From: Candidatus Marinacidobacterales bacterium
GTDB lineage: Bacteria; Acidobacteriota; Vicinamibacteria; Marinacidobacterales; SMYC01
Length of the DNA: 64,000 nucleotides
Assembly: GCA_965237955.1 (NCBI GenBank)
Contig: OZ250169.1
Span: 7,712,001-7,776,000 of the forward strand
Direction: 5' to 3'
In this document: in pieces, positions 8,842 to 20,701 of the stretch
How the letters are laid out: the number at the start of each line of letters is the position of its first letter
How positions within the stretch are numbered: the stretch's first letter is position 1
Notes under the pieces: model-generated
The model's database searches: none
Told to the model about the DNA's origin: nothing
Seen by the model: only the letters and a program-made list of their open reading frames with translations
Translations under genes and position numbers: made by a program

Positions 8842-9993
8842 TCAGGCGTTGTCCAGCGCTTGTTTCAGGTCGTCGATCAAATCCTCCACATCTTCCAAGC
8901 CGACCGACAGGCGCACCAGGCCGTCGGTGATCCCGACGCGCTTGCGCTCCGCTTCCTCGATGTCGGCGTGGGTCATCGTGACCGGATGGGTGACGAGCGA
9001 CTCCACCGCGCCGAGGTTTTCGGCGAGGGTCCAGAGTTTCAACGAGTCCATGATCTTCTTGCCGGCGGCGACACCGCCTTCGACTTCGAACCACACCATC
9101 GCGCCGTAGCCGGTGGCCTGACGGGTCGCGAGGTCGTGTTGCGGGTGTGACGGAAGGCCGGGGTAGCACACCTTGTCGACTTTCGGATGCGATTCGAGAA
9201 ATTTGGCGATGGCCATCGCGTTCGCGCACTGCGCGTCCATCCGCACCGTCAACGTCTTGCAGCCTTGGAGCGTGAGCCAGGCGACTTGTGGCGACATGAT
9301 GGTGCCGGCTGCGTTCTGCACGAAACTGACTTTCTCATCGAGATCGGCCGTGCGCGAGACGACCGCGCCGCCTATTGTGGCATTGTGTCCGTCCAAATAT
9401 TTCGTGGTGCTGTGGATCACGAGATCGGCGCCGAGCTCGAACGGTCTTTGGTAGTAGGGTGTCAAGAACGTGTTGTCGATGGCGTGGGGAATGCCGTGCT
9501 CTTTGGCGATGTCCGACACGGCAGCGACGTCGGTCAGCTTGAGCGTCGGGTTCGCCGGTGTTTCGGTGAAGATCAGGCGGGTGTTCTCGCGCACGCTCTT
9601 CTTGACGTCGTCGGCGTTCGAAGTGTCGGCGAACGTGAACTCGACACCGAACCGGCTGAAGATTTTCGTGCACAGCCGGTACGTTCCACCGTACGTGACG
9701 TCCGAGACGACGGCGTGATCTCCCGCGTTCAAGAATGCGAGAAGCACCGCCTGGATCGCGGCCATTCCGGTAGAGAACGTTGCGGCGCCCGCACCGCCCT
9801 CGAGATCGGCGAGCTTGTTCTCGAGCGCCTGAACCGTCGGATTCCCCGAGCGGGAGTACGAGTAGCCTTTGGAAAGATAGGCGTCCACCGACTCTTGCAC
9901 GAACGTCGTGGACTGGTAAATCGGCGTCAGGATCGCGCCGGTCGTAGGGTCGGGCTCGACCCCGGCATGAATCTGTTTGGTTGCAAATCGCAT
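8842..9993 (-). CDS. cystathionine gamma-synthase/gamma-lyase (PLP transsulfuration family)
   Basis: [36 protein letters not shown] (PLP Lys), [10 protein letters not shown]. Confidence 0.93.
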   Translation of the reverse strand: MRFATKQIHAGVEPDPTTGAILTPIYQSTTFVQESVDAYLSKGYSYSRSGNPTVQALENKLADLEGGAGAATFSTGMAAIQAVLLAFLNAGDHAVVSDVTYGGTYRLCTKIFSRFGVEFTFADTSNADDVKKSVRENTRLIFTETPANPTLKLTDVAAVSDIAKEHGIPHAIDNTFLTPYYQRPFELGADLVIHSTTKYLDGHNATIGGAVVSRTADLDEKVSFVQNAAGTIMSPQVAWLTLQGCKTLTVRMDAQCANAMAIAKFLESHPKVDKVCYPGLPSHPQHDLATRQATGYGAMVWFEVEGGVAAGKKIMDSLKLWTLAENLGAVESLVTHPVTMTHADIEEAERKRVGITDGLVRLSVGLEDVEDLIDDLKQALDNA

Positions 9994-10039
9994 GACAGGC
10001 ATCATAGCGTACGTAGCCTGGGGAGGACGAGATGGTCAC

Positions 10040-10307
10040 GAGACGCTGTTTCTTATATGAGCTTCCGCTTTCCCGCGATGAAGGATGCGCCTGTGGTCGA
10101 ATCCAAAATCTGCCAGTATGAAGCACGCCCGACGGGGATTTCATCGTCGACCAGCATCCGAAGGCGGCAAATGTCTGGATCGTGGGCGGCGGATCGGGCC
10201 ACGGCTTCAAGCACGGTCCTGCATTCGGTGAGCGCGTGGCCGACACCGTACTCGGCGAGAGAAAGAAGGACGCAACCTTCTCCCTGTCGCGCTTCGAAAA
10301 GCTATGA
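10040..10307 (+). pseudogene. C-terminal remnant of an FAD-dependent (sarcosine oxidase-like) oxidoreductase
   Basis: RFPAMKDAPVVESKICQYE / TPDGDFIVDQHP..VWIVGGGSGHGFKHGPAFGE, with a frameshift; 5' part absent. Confidence 0.7.
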
Positions 10308-10333
10308 GCCGCCCCCTGCTGTAGAATCCTCGC

Positions 10334-10560
10334 ATGCGCATCGCGCTGCTCTTCGTCCTCGTGGTCGCCGTTGCCGGCATCGCCCGAGCGCAGCCGTGTG
10401 AGTGCGCGAGCTGGGACGATGCGCCAGGAGTGCTGTGGACTGGATGCGCCCCGCTCGTGCTCCCGCAGATCGCCGAGCTCGCCGCGCCCGGGCTCTGGTT
10501 CACGCGCGATGAGCCTCTGCTTCTGACGCGCCCGCATTCCGTCCAAAGCGCGGTGGGCTG
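10334..10560 (+). pseudogene. truncated secreted protein
   Basis: Signal peptide MRIALLFVLVVAVAGIARAQ; reading degenerates after about 65 aa. Confidence 0.35.
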
Positions 10561-10671
10561 TTCTCGGCTATCAGTTCGGCGGCGGCCGAGTCGGTGTTCA
10601 GGCGCTCGGGTTCGGAGGGCTCGACGATATCCGTCTCATTTTCGAGATCGGTGCCGGCGCGTGGTAGGCCC

Positions 10672-12246
10672 GTGAGCGTTCATCCTGGCGCCGGGAAGCC
10701 AGCACCGACCGCGGTGCTCGTGGACGTCGCCAAGCTCGTCGAGGCGTATTTCTCGGAACCCGCGAGCGCGCCCGTCGCGTTCGGAACATCGGGCCACCGT
10801 GGCTCGTCGTTCACGGGGAGCTTCAACGAGGCCCACATCGCCGCGACCACCCAGGCGATCTGCGAGTATCGAAAGGAACAACGCATTGACGGTCCGCTGT
10901 TTCTCGGCGTCGACACCCATGCGCTTTCAGAGCCCGCCCGCGCGACCGCGCTCGAAGTGCTGGCCGCGAACCGTGTCGATGTACGCGTCGATCGTGACGG
11001 CGGCTATACGCCGACGCCCGTGATCTCGCAGGCGATTCTCCACGAGCGCGACGCCGATGGCATCGTGATCACGCCGTCGCACAACCCGCCCGAGGACGGT
11101 GGGTTCAAGTACAACCCACCTCACGGTGGACCGGCGGACACTTATGTCACGAGCTGGATCGAAAACCGCGCCAACGAGCTTCTCGAGGATTCCATCGAGC
11201 GCAAACCCGCTTCGGCGACCCCCCATGACTACATTGCGACTTACATCGAAGAGCTCGGCACGGTCGTGGATATGGACGCGATCAAGAGTGGGGGAATCCG
11301 GATCGGCGTCGATCCATTGGGGGGCGCCGGTGTCGCCTACTGGGAACCGATCGCGGAGCGGTACGGTCTCGACATCGACGTCGTCAACGATACGGTCGAT
11401 CCGACGTTTCGCTTCGTGACGCTCGACCGGGACGGCACGATTCGTATGGATTGCTCGTCGCCGTACGCGATCGCGAAGCTCATCGATTTGCGCGAGAAGT
11501 TCGACGTCGCATTCGCCAACGACACCGACAACGATCGTCACGGAGTCGTGGCGCCGAGCGTCGGGCTCTTGAATCCAAACCACTACCTGGCGGTGAGCAT
11601 AGACTATCTGTTCCGCCATCGCGACTGGTCGGAGCGCCCGGCGGTCGGGAAAACCCTGGTATCGAGTGCGCTCATCGATCGCGTTGCCGAGCGCCTCAGC
11701 CGTAAGCTCGTGGAAGTGCCGGTCGGGTTCAAGTGGTTCGTTCCCGGCCTTGCCGATGGCTCGCTTGGTTTCGGTGGCGAGGAGAGTGCCGGGGCCTCGT
11801 TTCTGTGTCGAAACGGCGAGGTGTGGACGACGGACAAAGACGGTATCATCATGGGGCTGTTGGCGGCAGAGATGATGGCGGTCACCGGCAAGGATCCGGG
11901 CGAGTTGTATGCCGAGCTCGTTGCTGAGCTGGGCGAGCCTGTCTATGAGCGCATCGATGCGCCCGCGAGTCCGGAGCAGAAAGCGCGGCTGAAAGGGCTC
12001 TCGCCCGAGCAAGTAACCGCTCGAGAGCTCGCTGGCGATCCGATCACCGAGATGCTCACCACCGCTCCCGGTAACGGCGCCTCCATCGGTGGGCTCAAAG
12101 TCGCGACCGAGCACGGTTGGTTCGCCGCCAGGCCGTCGGGCACGGAAGACGTCTACAAGCTCTACGCTGAGAGCTTTCGCGACGACGATCACTTGAGGCG
12201 CATTCAACGCGAGGCCCAAGACCTCGTCGCCACGGTTCTCGAATGA
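10672..12246 (+). CDS. pgm: phosphoglucomutase
   Basis: [38 protein letters not shown]. Confidence 0.95.
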   Translation: MSVHPGAGKPAPTAVLVDVAKLVEAYFSEPASAPVAFGTSGHRGSSFTGSFNEAHIAATTQAICEYRKEQRIDGPLFLGVDTHALSEPARATALEVLAANRVDVRVDRDGGYTPTPVISQAILHERDADGIVITPSHNPPEDGGFKYNPPHGGPADTYVTSWIENRANELLEDSIERKPASATPHDYIATYIEELGTVVDMDAIKSGGIRIGVDPLGGAGVAYWEPIAERYGLDIDVVNDTVDPTFRFVTLDRDGTIRMDCSSPYAIAKLIDLREKFDVAFANDTDNDRHGVVAPSVGLLNPNHYLAVSIDYLFRHRDWSERPAVGKTLVSSALIDRVAERLSRKLVEVPVGFKWFVPGLADGSLGFGGEESAGASFLCRNGEVWTTDKDGIIMGLLAAEMMAVTGKDPGELYAELVAELGEPVYERIDAPASPEQKARLKGLSPEQVTARELAGDPITEMLTTAPGNGASIGGLKVATEHGWFAARPSGTEDVYKLYAESFRDDDHLRRIQREAQDLVATVLE

Positions 12247-13313
12247 CCATTTACCGTCTCGAGCCCGGAGTCCAGCACTACGCCTGGGGCGATATCCATT
12301 TTATTCCCGAGCTCCTCGGTATCGAGAACGTGGAGGGCAAGCCCTACGCGGAGCTTTGGTTGGGCATGCACCAAGACCTTCCGTCCCACGTCGAAGTCGA
12401 GGGCGAGCGGTGGCTACTGAGCGAAGTGTTGGATGACGAGCTGCCGTATCTCTTCAAAATCCTCTCGGCCAAGGAGCCGTTGTCGATCCAGGCGCATCCC
12501 ACCGAGCAGCAAGCGCGCGAGGGCTTTGCCCGCGAGAACGCCGAAGAGGTGCCCATGGACGCACCCCATCGCAACTACAAAGACGAGCACCACAAGCCGG
12601 AGCTTTTGTGTGCGCTCACCGACTTCTACGCGCTCAGAGGCTTTCGTCCCGATCCGCCGCCGTTCGAAGGGGCGTCCCTGAAAGAGCTGTACGAAAGATT
12701 GATGACCCTGCCTCAGGACGAGGTGGATGCCATGCTCGCCCCGAAAATCGAAGAGCTCAAAGGTGGCAAATACGGGAAAGAGGATCGCGAGTATTGGGTG
12801 CTACGTTGCCACGAAGAATTCTCGGACGAAGGACACTACGATCGGGGACTGTTCTCCGTCTACCTGTTGAACTTGATCCGTTTGAGACCGGGTGACGCCA
12901 TTTACTTGGGCGCGGGTACGCTCCACGCGTATCTCGAGGGCTCGGGTGTCGAGATCATGGCCAACTCGAACAACGTGCTGCGCGGCGGGCTGACGAAAAA
13001 GCACATCGATATTGCCGAGCTCCTGAAGACGGTCGTATTCGAAGGCGAGGAGCCCGGTGTCCTACACCCGGTGCCGACGAGCGACTCCGAATGGAAGTAC
13101 GAGACGCCCGCTCACGAGTTCGAGCTTCGCCGCATCGAAGCTCCGCACCAAAACGACGCCGACCACGGCCCGGAGATCCTCCTCGTCGTCGACGGCAAGG
13201 CCATTATCGGTCCATATCACATCCGACGCGGTGAGGCGGTGTGCATCTCTGGTGGCGAGGCGTACGCGGTCGATGGGTCCGCGACGATCTACAAAGCGAC
13301 GGTGCCTCGATGA
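12243..13313 (+). CDS. manA: mannose-6-phosphate isomerase, class I
   Basis: [50 protein letters not shown]. Confidence 0.93.
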   Translation: MTIYRLEPGVQHYAWGDIHFIPELLGIENVEGKPYAELWLGMHQDLPSHVEVEGERWLLSEVLDDELPYLFKILSAKEPLSIQAHPTEQQAREGFARENAEEVPMDAPHRNYKDEHHKPELLCALTDFYALRGFRPDPPPFEGASLKELYERLMTLPQDEVDAMLAPKIEELKGGKYGKEDREYWVLRCHEEFSDEGHYDRGLFSVYLLNLIRLRPGDAIYLGAGTLHAYLEGSGVEIMANSNNVLRGGLTKKHIDIAELLKTVVFEGEEPGVLHPVPTSDSEWKYETPAHEFELRRIEAPHQNDADHGPEILLVVDGKAIIGPYHIRRGEAVCISGGEAYAVDGSATIYKATVPR

Positions 13314-14872
13314 CCGCGTTCCGCGGCAAGAATCCCACGGCGCTCGCGTTCGGGACGAGCGGGCTTCGAGGGCTCGTCACCGACATCACCGACCTCGAGG
13401 CCTACATTAATACCCGAGGGTTTCTGAACTACGTCGGAGCGCACGAAGGTGCGGTAGCGCTCGCCGGCGACCTGCGGCCGAGCACCGATAGAATCCTGGT
13501 AGCGGTGGCGTGCGCGATCGAAGATGCTGGTTGCAGCGTGGACTTTCTCGGGAAGATCCCGACGCCGGCACTGACGTATCACGCGCTCGAGCGGCGCCAG
13601 CCGAGCGTGATGGTGACAGGGAGCCACATTACTTTCGATCGTAACGGCATCAAGTTCAACAAGCCCGACGGTGAGGTGCTCAAAGAGGACGAGGCGGGGA
13701 TTCTCGAAGCGGTAGCCGAAGTTAGAGAGGCCGAATATCGCCGAAGCCGCAAGGAGTCGTCGTTCAGCGACGATGGGATGCTGCACGACACCAGCCCTCT
13801 CCCGCCGGTCAACAACGACGGCTCCGAGCTGTATATCCGACGCTATCTCGATTTCTTCCCCGCGAGCGGCCTGCTCGGAAAACGCATCATCGTGTTCCAG
13901 CATTCGGCGGTGGGCCGCGACCTCCTTGTCGAGATTCTGACTCGGCTCGGCGCTTCGGTGGTTCCGACGCGGAGAAGTGAAGCGTTCATCTCGATCGATA
14001 CCGAGGACATCACCGCTGAGAGACTCGCCGATCTGCAGGCGATGGCGGACGACGAAGCCGATGGAGCTGATGCCCCTGACGCCATTGTCTCGACCGACGG
14101 CGACAGCGACCGGCCGCTCGTGGCCGATGTCGATGACAGTGGCCGCGTGCACTTTTTCGGGGGAGACCTCCTCGGCATCATCGTGGCCAAGTATCTCGGC
14201 GCCGACGCGGTCGCGATCCCGGTAAGCGCCAACGACGCCGTGGACCTCGAGCTCGATAACGTCACCAAGACAAAGATCGGCTCGCCCTATGTCGTCAAGG
14301 CGATGCAAGAAGCCGAGGGCGACAACGTCGTGGGATGGGAAGCGAACGGCGGTTTTCTGACGGGCTCCGTCATCGAGAAAGACGGCCGTACCCTCGGGCC
14401 GCTTCCGACACGGGACGCCGTCCTTCCGATTCTTTGTGTGCTCTATGCCTCGGTAGAGAAAGAATGCACGCTGACCGAGCTTTTCTCCGAGCTTCCGCCG
14501 CGATTCAGCAAGGCCGGACTCATCGATGACTTCCCGCGCGAGACGAGCCTCGAGATCATTCGCCGGTTCACACCAGGAGACTCTGTTTCAATCGCAGCGG
14601 AGCTTTCGAAGGTTTTCACGCCTGAGCTCGGGTTCGACGCTATCACCGACATCAACACCATCGACGGTCTGCGGATTTTTTTTGCCAACGGGGACATCGC
14701 GCACATCCGGCCTTCGGGGAACGCGCCCCAGCTGCGAATCTATGCAGTGGCGAACACCGAGGCGCGAGTGGAAGAGATCGTCGCCCTGGCCCTCCGGGAG
14801 CCCGACGGGCTCCTGCGGGCGATGTGCGCAGACGCGGGGGGAGAGGGACTTGCTAACAAAGGCCGTAACTAG
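13310..14872 (+). CDS. manB: phosphomannomutase
   Basis: FGTSGLRG, VTGSHI, TDGDSDRP, GWEANGG, HIRPSGNAP. Confidence 0.88.
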   Translation: MTAFRGKNPTALAFGTSGLRGLVTDITDLEAYINTRGFLNYVGAHEGAVALAGDLRPSTDRILVAVACAIEDAGCSVDFLGKIPTPALTYHALERRQPSVMVTGSHITFDRNGIKFNKPDGEVLKEDEAGILEAVAEVREAEYRRSRKESSFSDDGMLHDTSPLPPVNNDGSELYIRRYLDFFPASGLLGKRIIVFQHSAVGRDLLVEILTRLGASVVPTRRSEAFISIDTEDITAERLADLQAMADDEADGADAPDAIVSTDGDSDRPLVADVDDSGRVHFFGGDLLGIIVAKYLGADAVAIPVSANDAVDLELDNVTKTKIGSPYVVKAMQEAEGDNVVGWEANGGFLTGSVIEKDGRTLGPLPTRDAVLPILCVLYASVEKECTLTELFSELPPRFSKAGLIDDFPRETSLEIIRRFTPGDSVSIAAELSKVFTPELGFDAITDINTIDGLRIFFANGDIAHIRPSGNAPQLRIYAVANTEARVEEIVALALREPDGLLRAMCADAGGEGLANKGRN

Positions 14873-14954
14873 TCTTTGGAAGTCTCGACGTCCCGCAGCG
14901 ACGCAGAGTTAAAAGAGCAGAGAAAAAACGACGCTTCCAACGCCGAGCGGAGTC

Positions 14955-15656
14955 GCTAGGGCTCGAACGTGGCGATGATCCACGTGTGGTAAACGCTCGT
15001 CGTGGCCTCGAAGCCGGAGTCGGTTCCCACGAACAGCCACACGTTGCCGCTTCCGTCCGTGGTACGCTGATCGATTCCATCTCGCTCGATAGCTGCTTGA
15101 GCTCCCACTGGGGTGTCTCGCCGCACGGGATCGAGTTGGCCACGTCACCGATCGCGAGGGCGTTCTCGCCGCCGTTGGTTTGGTTTCCCTTGTCGACGTT
15201 CATGCGCCAGTCAGAACCTTCGACGACGGATTCCGGCTCGACATCGGAGGCCCCCGCTTTCACGGTAACCCCTTCACCCGGCGCGCCACCCACACCGAAA
15301 CAACCGTTCGGTACCCTCGTCGCGATCTCCACCTCGAACCGCACCGAGTAGCGGCGATTCGCATCGAGCCCTGCGACCCGGCCTTTGTAGTACATCCACA
15401 AGTCGTCGCTGTGATTGTTGCCGGAGATGTACAGCGCGTTTTCGTCTGTGCTGAGCGGAGCCTCCAGAGTCCGGTAGTCGGAGACGAGCTCATAGAAGTC
15501 GTCCTGACCGACGGGGTAGTCCGCGAATCCGGCCATCCAGTCCTGCGGGCTTTGTCTAAAGTCCACTCGAATCGTGTGCGGGTCGTCGTTGGCGCACGCG
15601 GCAACCAAAGCCACTAGCCACACCACGCCGAGACGTCGAAGTTGTGCAAATGTCAT
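14955..15656 (-). CDS. putative lipoprotein (frameshift near 15062)
   Basis: Lipobox LVAAC; WMAGFADYP, SGNNHSDDL, GVGGAPGE; C-term WLFVGTDSGFEATT in a shifted frame. Confidence 0.7.
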
Positions 15657-15868
15657 CTTGCCTACACTTACTACTAAATTTGTGCCGGTTGGGCGGTGCT
15701 CCGGACCGTTCGCCCCCGTCATCTGCCCCGCCGCTGTTTTCTTTTTTTGCAAACTTAGTCGTTCGGCCTAGAATACTGAGTTCAGCCAAAAGATGCGTGT
15801 CTAACGACGCGAGGGGAAACACGAACGTTACGCGCGAAGACCACAACGAAAGGCGCCTTGGGCCTTCG

Positions 15869-17101
15869 TTATTCAGGTTGGTAAGGGGACTGCAGGTACT
15901 GTTCGGCGGTTTCGTGAGAGCCGTCGAATTCTTGGAGCTGCTGAACGCGACGGTAGTAGCTGACCGCTTCGCCGCGGCGTCCCATGGTGTCCAGGATCTC
16001 GCCGGCACGGAGATTCGAGAGCGCTCGCTCGCGCTCGGGCGTGTCCGGATCGTCGGCGGCGACTTTGAACTGATCGAGCGCGCGGTCCTCGCTTCCGAGC
16101 GCGAGAAGCCGGTTGCCCAGAGGGTAGCGGATCTTCTCGAGCGGTAGTTTCTGGTAGTTGGGAACCTTCTTCTCGGCACGCTCCGCCACCGCGGCATACA
16201 TCGCGGCCGCTCGAACGGGCTCATCCATGCGCTCGAGGATTTGCGCCTGGTTCAGGTGTAGCAGATAGTTCTCGGGATAGCGGCGGTGAAGCTGCTGCGC
16301 GACCTCGAGTGCGTATTCGTTCTCGTCCTCGCGGACGTACATCACCATCAACAACAACCTGGCGTCGTCTTTCACGAAATAACCTTCTCGCGCGGCACGC
16401 GAGAGGTAGTCGAAACCACGCGCCTCGGTCCCCCGGTATCCGGCCAGGGCTGCGAACCACTTGATGTACCACGGCAAGTTTCCGACGACGTACTCGTAAC
16501 TCCCGAGGGTCATGTATGCATCGATGAAATCGGGATCTTCGTCCACGATGGAGCGTTGGATGCGGTAGGTCTCTCTCCCGTGCTTGAGAGCCTTTCGATA
16601 GCCTCTCTCGATCGTGAACGCGAAAACACCGAGTGCACCGTGGCAAGAACCGAGGTAGTAGCGTGCCTCCTGGTCGCCCGGGTGCGCCTCCAGGTACTTT
16701 TCGGCGTTCTCCCGGCTTTTTGCGATGCCCTCGTAGAATGCTTCGACATCTTCTTCGGGCATCTCCTCTTGCGAGCGTCGCGTGAAGTATCCGGGCGAGA
16801 TGAATCGATCGAGGTCTAAGTCTTCGCGTTCGACGAGCTCCCGGAGCCAGATCGCGACGGCGCGGGCCAAAGGCGGGCCCGGGTGATTCGGGTATTCTTC
16901 CTGGAGCTCATAGAAAAACTCGACGGCCTGATCGTGCTCGAGGCGGTAGAGGTGCGTCATTCCGGGTGTGCTGGCCGCCTTGTACTCGGCATCCCTGAGG
17001 GTTTGGCCGAGCGAGGGCGCGGCAAGCGTCAGAAAGAGCAAACCCCCGATGAAGACCGTTTTCAGGGCGGAACTCAACCCAGGCAATCTCCACACTATCA
17101 T
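15869..17101 (-). CDS. secreted tetratricopeptide-repeat protein
   Basis: Signal peptide and helical TPR-like repeats across a 410-aa ORF. Confidence 0.75.
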   Translation of the reverse strand: MIVWRLPGLSSALKTVFIGGLLFLTLAAPSLGQTLRDAEYKAASTPGMTHLYRLEHDQAVEFFYELQEEYPNHPGPPLARAVAIWLRELVEREDLDLDRFISPGYFTRRSQEEMPEEDVEAFYEGIAKSRENAEKYLEAHPGDQEARYYLGSCHGALGVFAFTIERGYRKALKHGRETYRIQRSIVDEDPDFIDAYMTLGSYEYVVGNLPWYIKWFAALAGYRGTEARGFDYLSRAAREGYFVKDDARLLLMVMYVREDENEYALEVAQQLHRRYPENYLLHLNQAQILERMDEPVRAAAMYAAVAERAEKKVPNYQKLPLEKIRYPLGNRLLALGSEDRALDQFKVAADDPDTPERERALSNLRAGEILDTMGRRGEAVSYYRRVQQLQEFDGSHETAEQYLQSPYQPE

Positions 17102-17153
17102 CGCAAGGCACTAGCCTAGCACATCGGCGGTTCGACGTTCTGTGATATTGCGC

Positions 17154-17438
17154 TCATGGGCCGCGTTCGAAAAAACGGCAGAGCGAACAATTGAATTTGA
17201 AGTTGCCATCGTCGGCGCCGGACATCCCTGTCGCGAACGTTCCGCCGATGAGCCCGTCCATGCTCGTGCCGGCTATGAAATCGACCGGGATCTGGTTCTC
17301 TTCGAGCCACTCGAGCACACCCACGTGCGCGATGCCGCGAGCGCTGCCGCCGCCGAGGGCGAGCCCGACCCTGGGCCGATCGCTCGAATAGGCGAAAGAC
17401 GTCGCCATCAACAAGAATCCTACGAACACCGACTTCAT
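17154..17438 (-). pseudogene. patatin-like phospholipase N-terminal remnant
   Basis: [24 protein letters not shown]; truncated after about 75 aa. Confidence 0.75.
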
Positions 17439-17485
17439 GGCGCGGCATCATAACGTCTTTTATAATCACGGGCTGCAGGTTGTTG

Positions 17486-17875
17486 ATGAAGAGACTGTCA
17501 GCCGCGATCGCGACGCTCTTGCTGGTGACGCCGCCCCTCTGCCCGGACGCGCTCGTCATTACCCAGGCGATGAAGGCCGCCACGATTGCCGAGATCTACC
17601 TCGAAACGCGACGGAGTCTCGAGCTCGAGAACCAGGGCGGCGCGCGCGCCAAAGTACAGGACGTCACCATCGTCGACTCGGAGCACGAACCGCTCGGCGG
17701 CGAGATCGGGTTCGTGTCGACGTGCACCTGGAACGTATCAGGCTCGGTAGGGCACTGGGGCCATGTGCACACGTGCGAAAACCAGTACCAGGCTCGCTTC
17801 GTCGTCAAGTCCGTCGATGGTCTGTGGAAGATCACCGAGCTCGAGCTCCTCCCAGAAGAACGCCTCCCCGGTTGA
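17486..17875 (+). CDS. secreted protein heading the ABC operon, probably internally deleted
   Basis: Signal peptide plus DALVITQAMKAATIAEIYLE joined to TRRSLELENQGGARAKV..GSVGHWGHVH. Confidence 0.55.
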   Translation: MKRLSAAIATLLLVTPPLCPDALVITQAMKAATIAEIYLETRRSLELENQGGARAKVQDVTIVDSEHEPLGGEIGFVSTCTWNVSGSVGHWGHVHTCENQYQARFVVKSVDGLWKITELELLPEERLPG

Positions 17876-17879
17876 ATTG

Positions 17880-18548
17880 ATGTCTGCCCCCGTTGTCCGA
17901 GTTCACGATCTATCCTTTCGCTACGGTGAAGGCGACTTTCATCTTCAGATTCCCGAGCTCGAAGTTGCCCGCGCATCGTCGGCGGCGTTCATTGGGCCGA
18001 ACGGCTCGGGAAAGACGACGCTGCTCCATCTCATCGCGGGCATTGCGCTCCCGCAGGCGGGGAGGATCGAGACCAACGGTGTGGACGTCACCAATCTTTC
18101 TGAGAGCGCACGCCGTGAGTTCCGCATCAAGAACGTCGGGCTCGTGTTTCAGGAGTTCGAGCTCCTCGAGTACTTGAGCGTCCTCGATAACGTGCTGCTT
18201 CCGTATCGCATCAACCCTGCTCTGGAGCTCACGCCGGAAGTGCGCGAGCGGGCCCAGACGGTTGCCGACCAAGTGGGCATCGGGGACAAGCTTGCTCGCT
18301 ATCCGAGGCAGCTGTCTCAGGGTGAGCGCCAACGCGTTGCCGTCTGTCGCGCGGTACTGACCGAGCCCGCGGTCCTCATGGCGGACGAGCCGACCGGCAA
18401 CCTCGACCCGCTCAACAAGGGACGCGTCCTCGATATCCTTTTCGACTATGCCGAGGCGAGCGGCACGACGCTTTTGACCGTCACCCACGACCACGACTTA
18501 CTCGGGCGCTTCGAGCGCGTCGTGGACTTCAAAGATCTTCTATCGTGA
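17880..18548 (+). CDS. ABC transporter ATP-binding protein (LolD/MacB-like)
   Basis: GPNGSGKT, LSQGERQR, MADEPTGNLD, VTHD. Confidence 0.93.
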   Translation: MSAPVVRVHDLSFRYGEGDFHLQIPELEVARASSAAFIGPNGSGKTTLLHLIAGIALPQAGRIETNGVDVTNLSESARREFRIKNVGLVFQEFELLEYLSVLDNVLLPYRINPALELTPEVRERAQTVADQVGIGDKLARYPRQLSQGERQRVAVCRAVLTEPAVLMADEPTGNLDPLNKGRVLDILFDYAEASGTTLLTVTHDHDLLGRFERVVDFKDLLS

Positions 18549-19726
18549 AGCAGACGCTTTATCTCGCGTGGCGGTATCTGGCGTTTCATCGCCTCAAGAC
18601 GTTCATCCTGCTCACGTCGATCACGTTGATCCTGTACCTGCCGGTAGGGCTTCGGGTGCTGGTGAATCAAAGCTCGGAGCAGCTCACCCGGCGCGCGGAG
18701 GCGACGCCACTCGTCGTCGGCTCGAAGGGAAGCCCTCTCGAGCTCGTTCTCAATACGCTGTACTTTCGTTCCGATTCTCCCGAGCCGATGCGCTACGTGG
18801 AAGCGCAAAAAGTACAGGATTCTGGACTCGCTCTCACGGTGCCGATGTACATCCGCTACCAAGCGCAGGGGTATCCCATCGTCGGGACGAGCTTCGAGTA
18901 CTTCAGCTACCGAGGGCTCGCGCTTCAATCGGGCCGCCTTTTCACGCTGCTCGGTGAGTGCGTGCTCGGCTCTCGCGTCGCCGAGCTTCTCGCCGCGAAA
19001 GTGGGGGATTCAATCACCTCGTCACCCGAGAACCTCTTCGATCTCGCGGGCGAGTACCCGCTCAATATGGGAATCGTCGGCATCCTGGCGCACTCGGACA
19101 GCCCCGACGACGACGCGATCTTCGTCGATGTCAAAACGACGTGGGTGGTCGAGGGTCTCGGGCACGGTCACCAGGATTTGGATGATCGGGACGCGGCGAG
19201 CGCGGTGTTGTCGCGAGAGGAGAACCGCATCGTGGCGAACGCTTCGATCGTCCATTACAACAAGATCACTCCGGACAACGTCAACGAGTTCCACTTTCAC
19301 GGCGACATCGCGGACTACCCGGTTACCGGCGTCATCGCGTTACCGCCCGATCAGAAATCGTCGGCGCTCCTGCAAGGACGGTATCAATCTGCCGAAGAAC
19401 GCACTCAAATCGCGAGACCGTCCGAGGTGATGGGCGAGCTCTTGGATACGATCTTGACCGTCGAAAGCTTCATCGTTGCGGGCGCGGTCATCGTCGGTCT
19501 CGCGACCCTGGCGTCGGCTTCGCTGGTGTTCATGTTGTCGCTTCGGCTACGGCGGCGCGAGATGGAAACGCTCTTCAAGATCGGAGGCTCCCGTGTCAGC
19601 GTGGGCGCGCTCATGGCCTCGGAGATGGTGGTCGTTTTGGTAGCCGGCATCGTCTTCGCCGCGGGGCTGACGATTCTCACGAGCCAGTTCGGGGCTGCGC
19701 TCGTGCGTGCACTCATTCGAATATGA
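18545..19726 (+). CDS. ABC transporter permease (MacB/FtsX-like)
   Basis: N-terminal TM, periplasmic loop with GLGHGH/FHFHG, C-terminal TMs. Confidence 0.85.
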   Translation: MKQTLYLAWRYLAFHRLKTFILLTSITLILYLPVGLRVLVNQSSEQLTRRAEATPLVVGSKGSPLELVLNTLYFRSDSPEPMRYVEAQKVQDSGLALTVPMYIRYQAQGYPIVGTSFEYFSYRGLALQSGRLFTLLGECVLGSRVAELLAAKVGDSITSSPENLFDLAGEYPLNMGIVGILAHSDSPDDDAIFVDVKTTWVVEGLGHGHQDLDDRDAASAVLSREENRIVANASIVHYNKITPDNVNEFHFHGDIADYPVTGVIALPPDQKSSALLQGRYQSAEERTQIARPSEVMGELLDTILTVESFIVAGAVIVGLATLASASLVFMLSLRLRRREMETLFKIGGSRVSVGALMASEMVVVLVAGIVFAAGLTILTSQFGAALVRALIRI

Positions 19727-20694
19727 GGTTCTCGATGCGTTGGATATCTCTAGTCGCTGCTTTGAGCGTCGCGTGTGGAAGCTCCGAGCCGGATGTCGCT
19801 CCGGACAGCTCACCGAGCGTCCTGAGTGTCTATACCGTGAACTACCCGCTCCAGTACTTCGCCGAGCGGATTGGTGGCGAGCATGTGGACGCCAGCTTCC
19901 CGGCGCCCGACGGTGACCCAGCGTATTGGAATCCCGACCCGGACGCGGTCGCCGCCTACCAGCAAGCCGATGTGATTCTGTTGAACGGGGCGAGCTACGC
20001 AAAGTGGGTGGCAACCGTGACGCTCCCGACATCCAAGCTAGTGGATACGTCCGAGGGATTTCGGGAACGCTACATTATTATAGAAGGCGCCGTCGTCCAC
20101 AGTCATGGGCCGGAGGGAGAGCACAGCCACGGCGAGACCGCGTTCACCACCTGGCTCGACCCGAATCTCGCCATTGAGCACGCAGCGGCCATTCGTGACG
20201 CCCTCGTCGCCGCACGCCCCGAGCACGAATCTGCTTTTCATGAAGGGTTCGCGTCGCTCGAACAGGATCTCGCCGCCCTCGACGAGCGGATCGAGACCGC
20301 GGTGACCGGCGGGGCGGACGTGCTCGTCGTCGGCTCTCATCCTGTCTATCAATATCTAGCGCGTCGCTATGGATTGGCGATCCCTAGCATGCATTTCGAG
20401 CCTGACACCTATCCCGAGGCTGACGGGTGGCAGGACCTCGAGCATCTGCTCGAAGACCATGCCGCGACGTGGATGCTGTGGGAGGGAGAGCCCATCGCCC
20501 AAACGGCGGACAGGCTCCGCGAGATGGATCTCGAAAGCGTGGTGTTCAATCCTTGCGCAAACCGCCCCGAGTCCGGCGACTACTTGTCGGTCATGGAAGC
20601 CAACGCGGCGGACATCGAGTCCGTCTTCTCGGCGCCCATGACGAAAAAAATGGCCTCGCCGGGGAGGTTCGTCCCCTCAAAACTCGTCCTTTAA
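19723..20694 (+). CDS. metal (Zn/Mn) ABC substrate-binding lipoprotein, ZnuA-like
   Basis: Lipobox SVAC, VNYPLQYFAERIGG, His-rich HSHGPEGEHSH, TWLDP. Confidence 0.88.
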   Translation: MRFSMRWISLVAALSVACGSSEPDVAPDSSPSVLSVYTVNYPLQYFAERIGGEHVDASFPAPDGDPAYWNPDPDAVAAYQQADVILLNGASYAKWVATVTLPTSKLVDTSEGFRERYIIIEGAVVHSHGPEGEHSHGETAFTTWLDPNLAIEHAAAIRDALVAARPEHESAFHEGFASLEQDLAALDERIETAVTGGADVLVVGSHPVYQYLARRYGLAIPSMHFEPDTYPEADGWQDLEHLLEDHAATWMLWEGEPIAQTADRLREMDLESVVFNPCANRPESGDYLSVMEANAADIESVFSAPMTKKMASPGRFVPSKLVL

Positions 20695-20701
20695 TTGTGT
20701 G

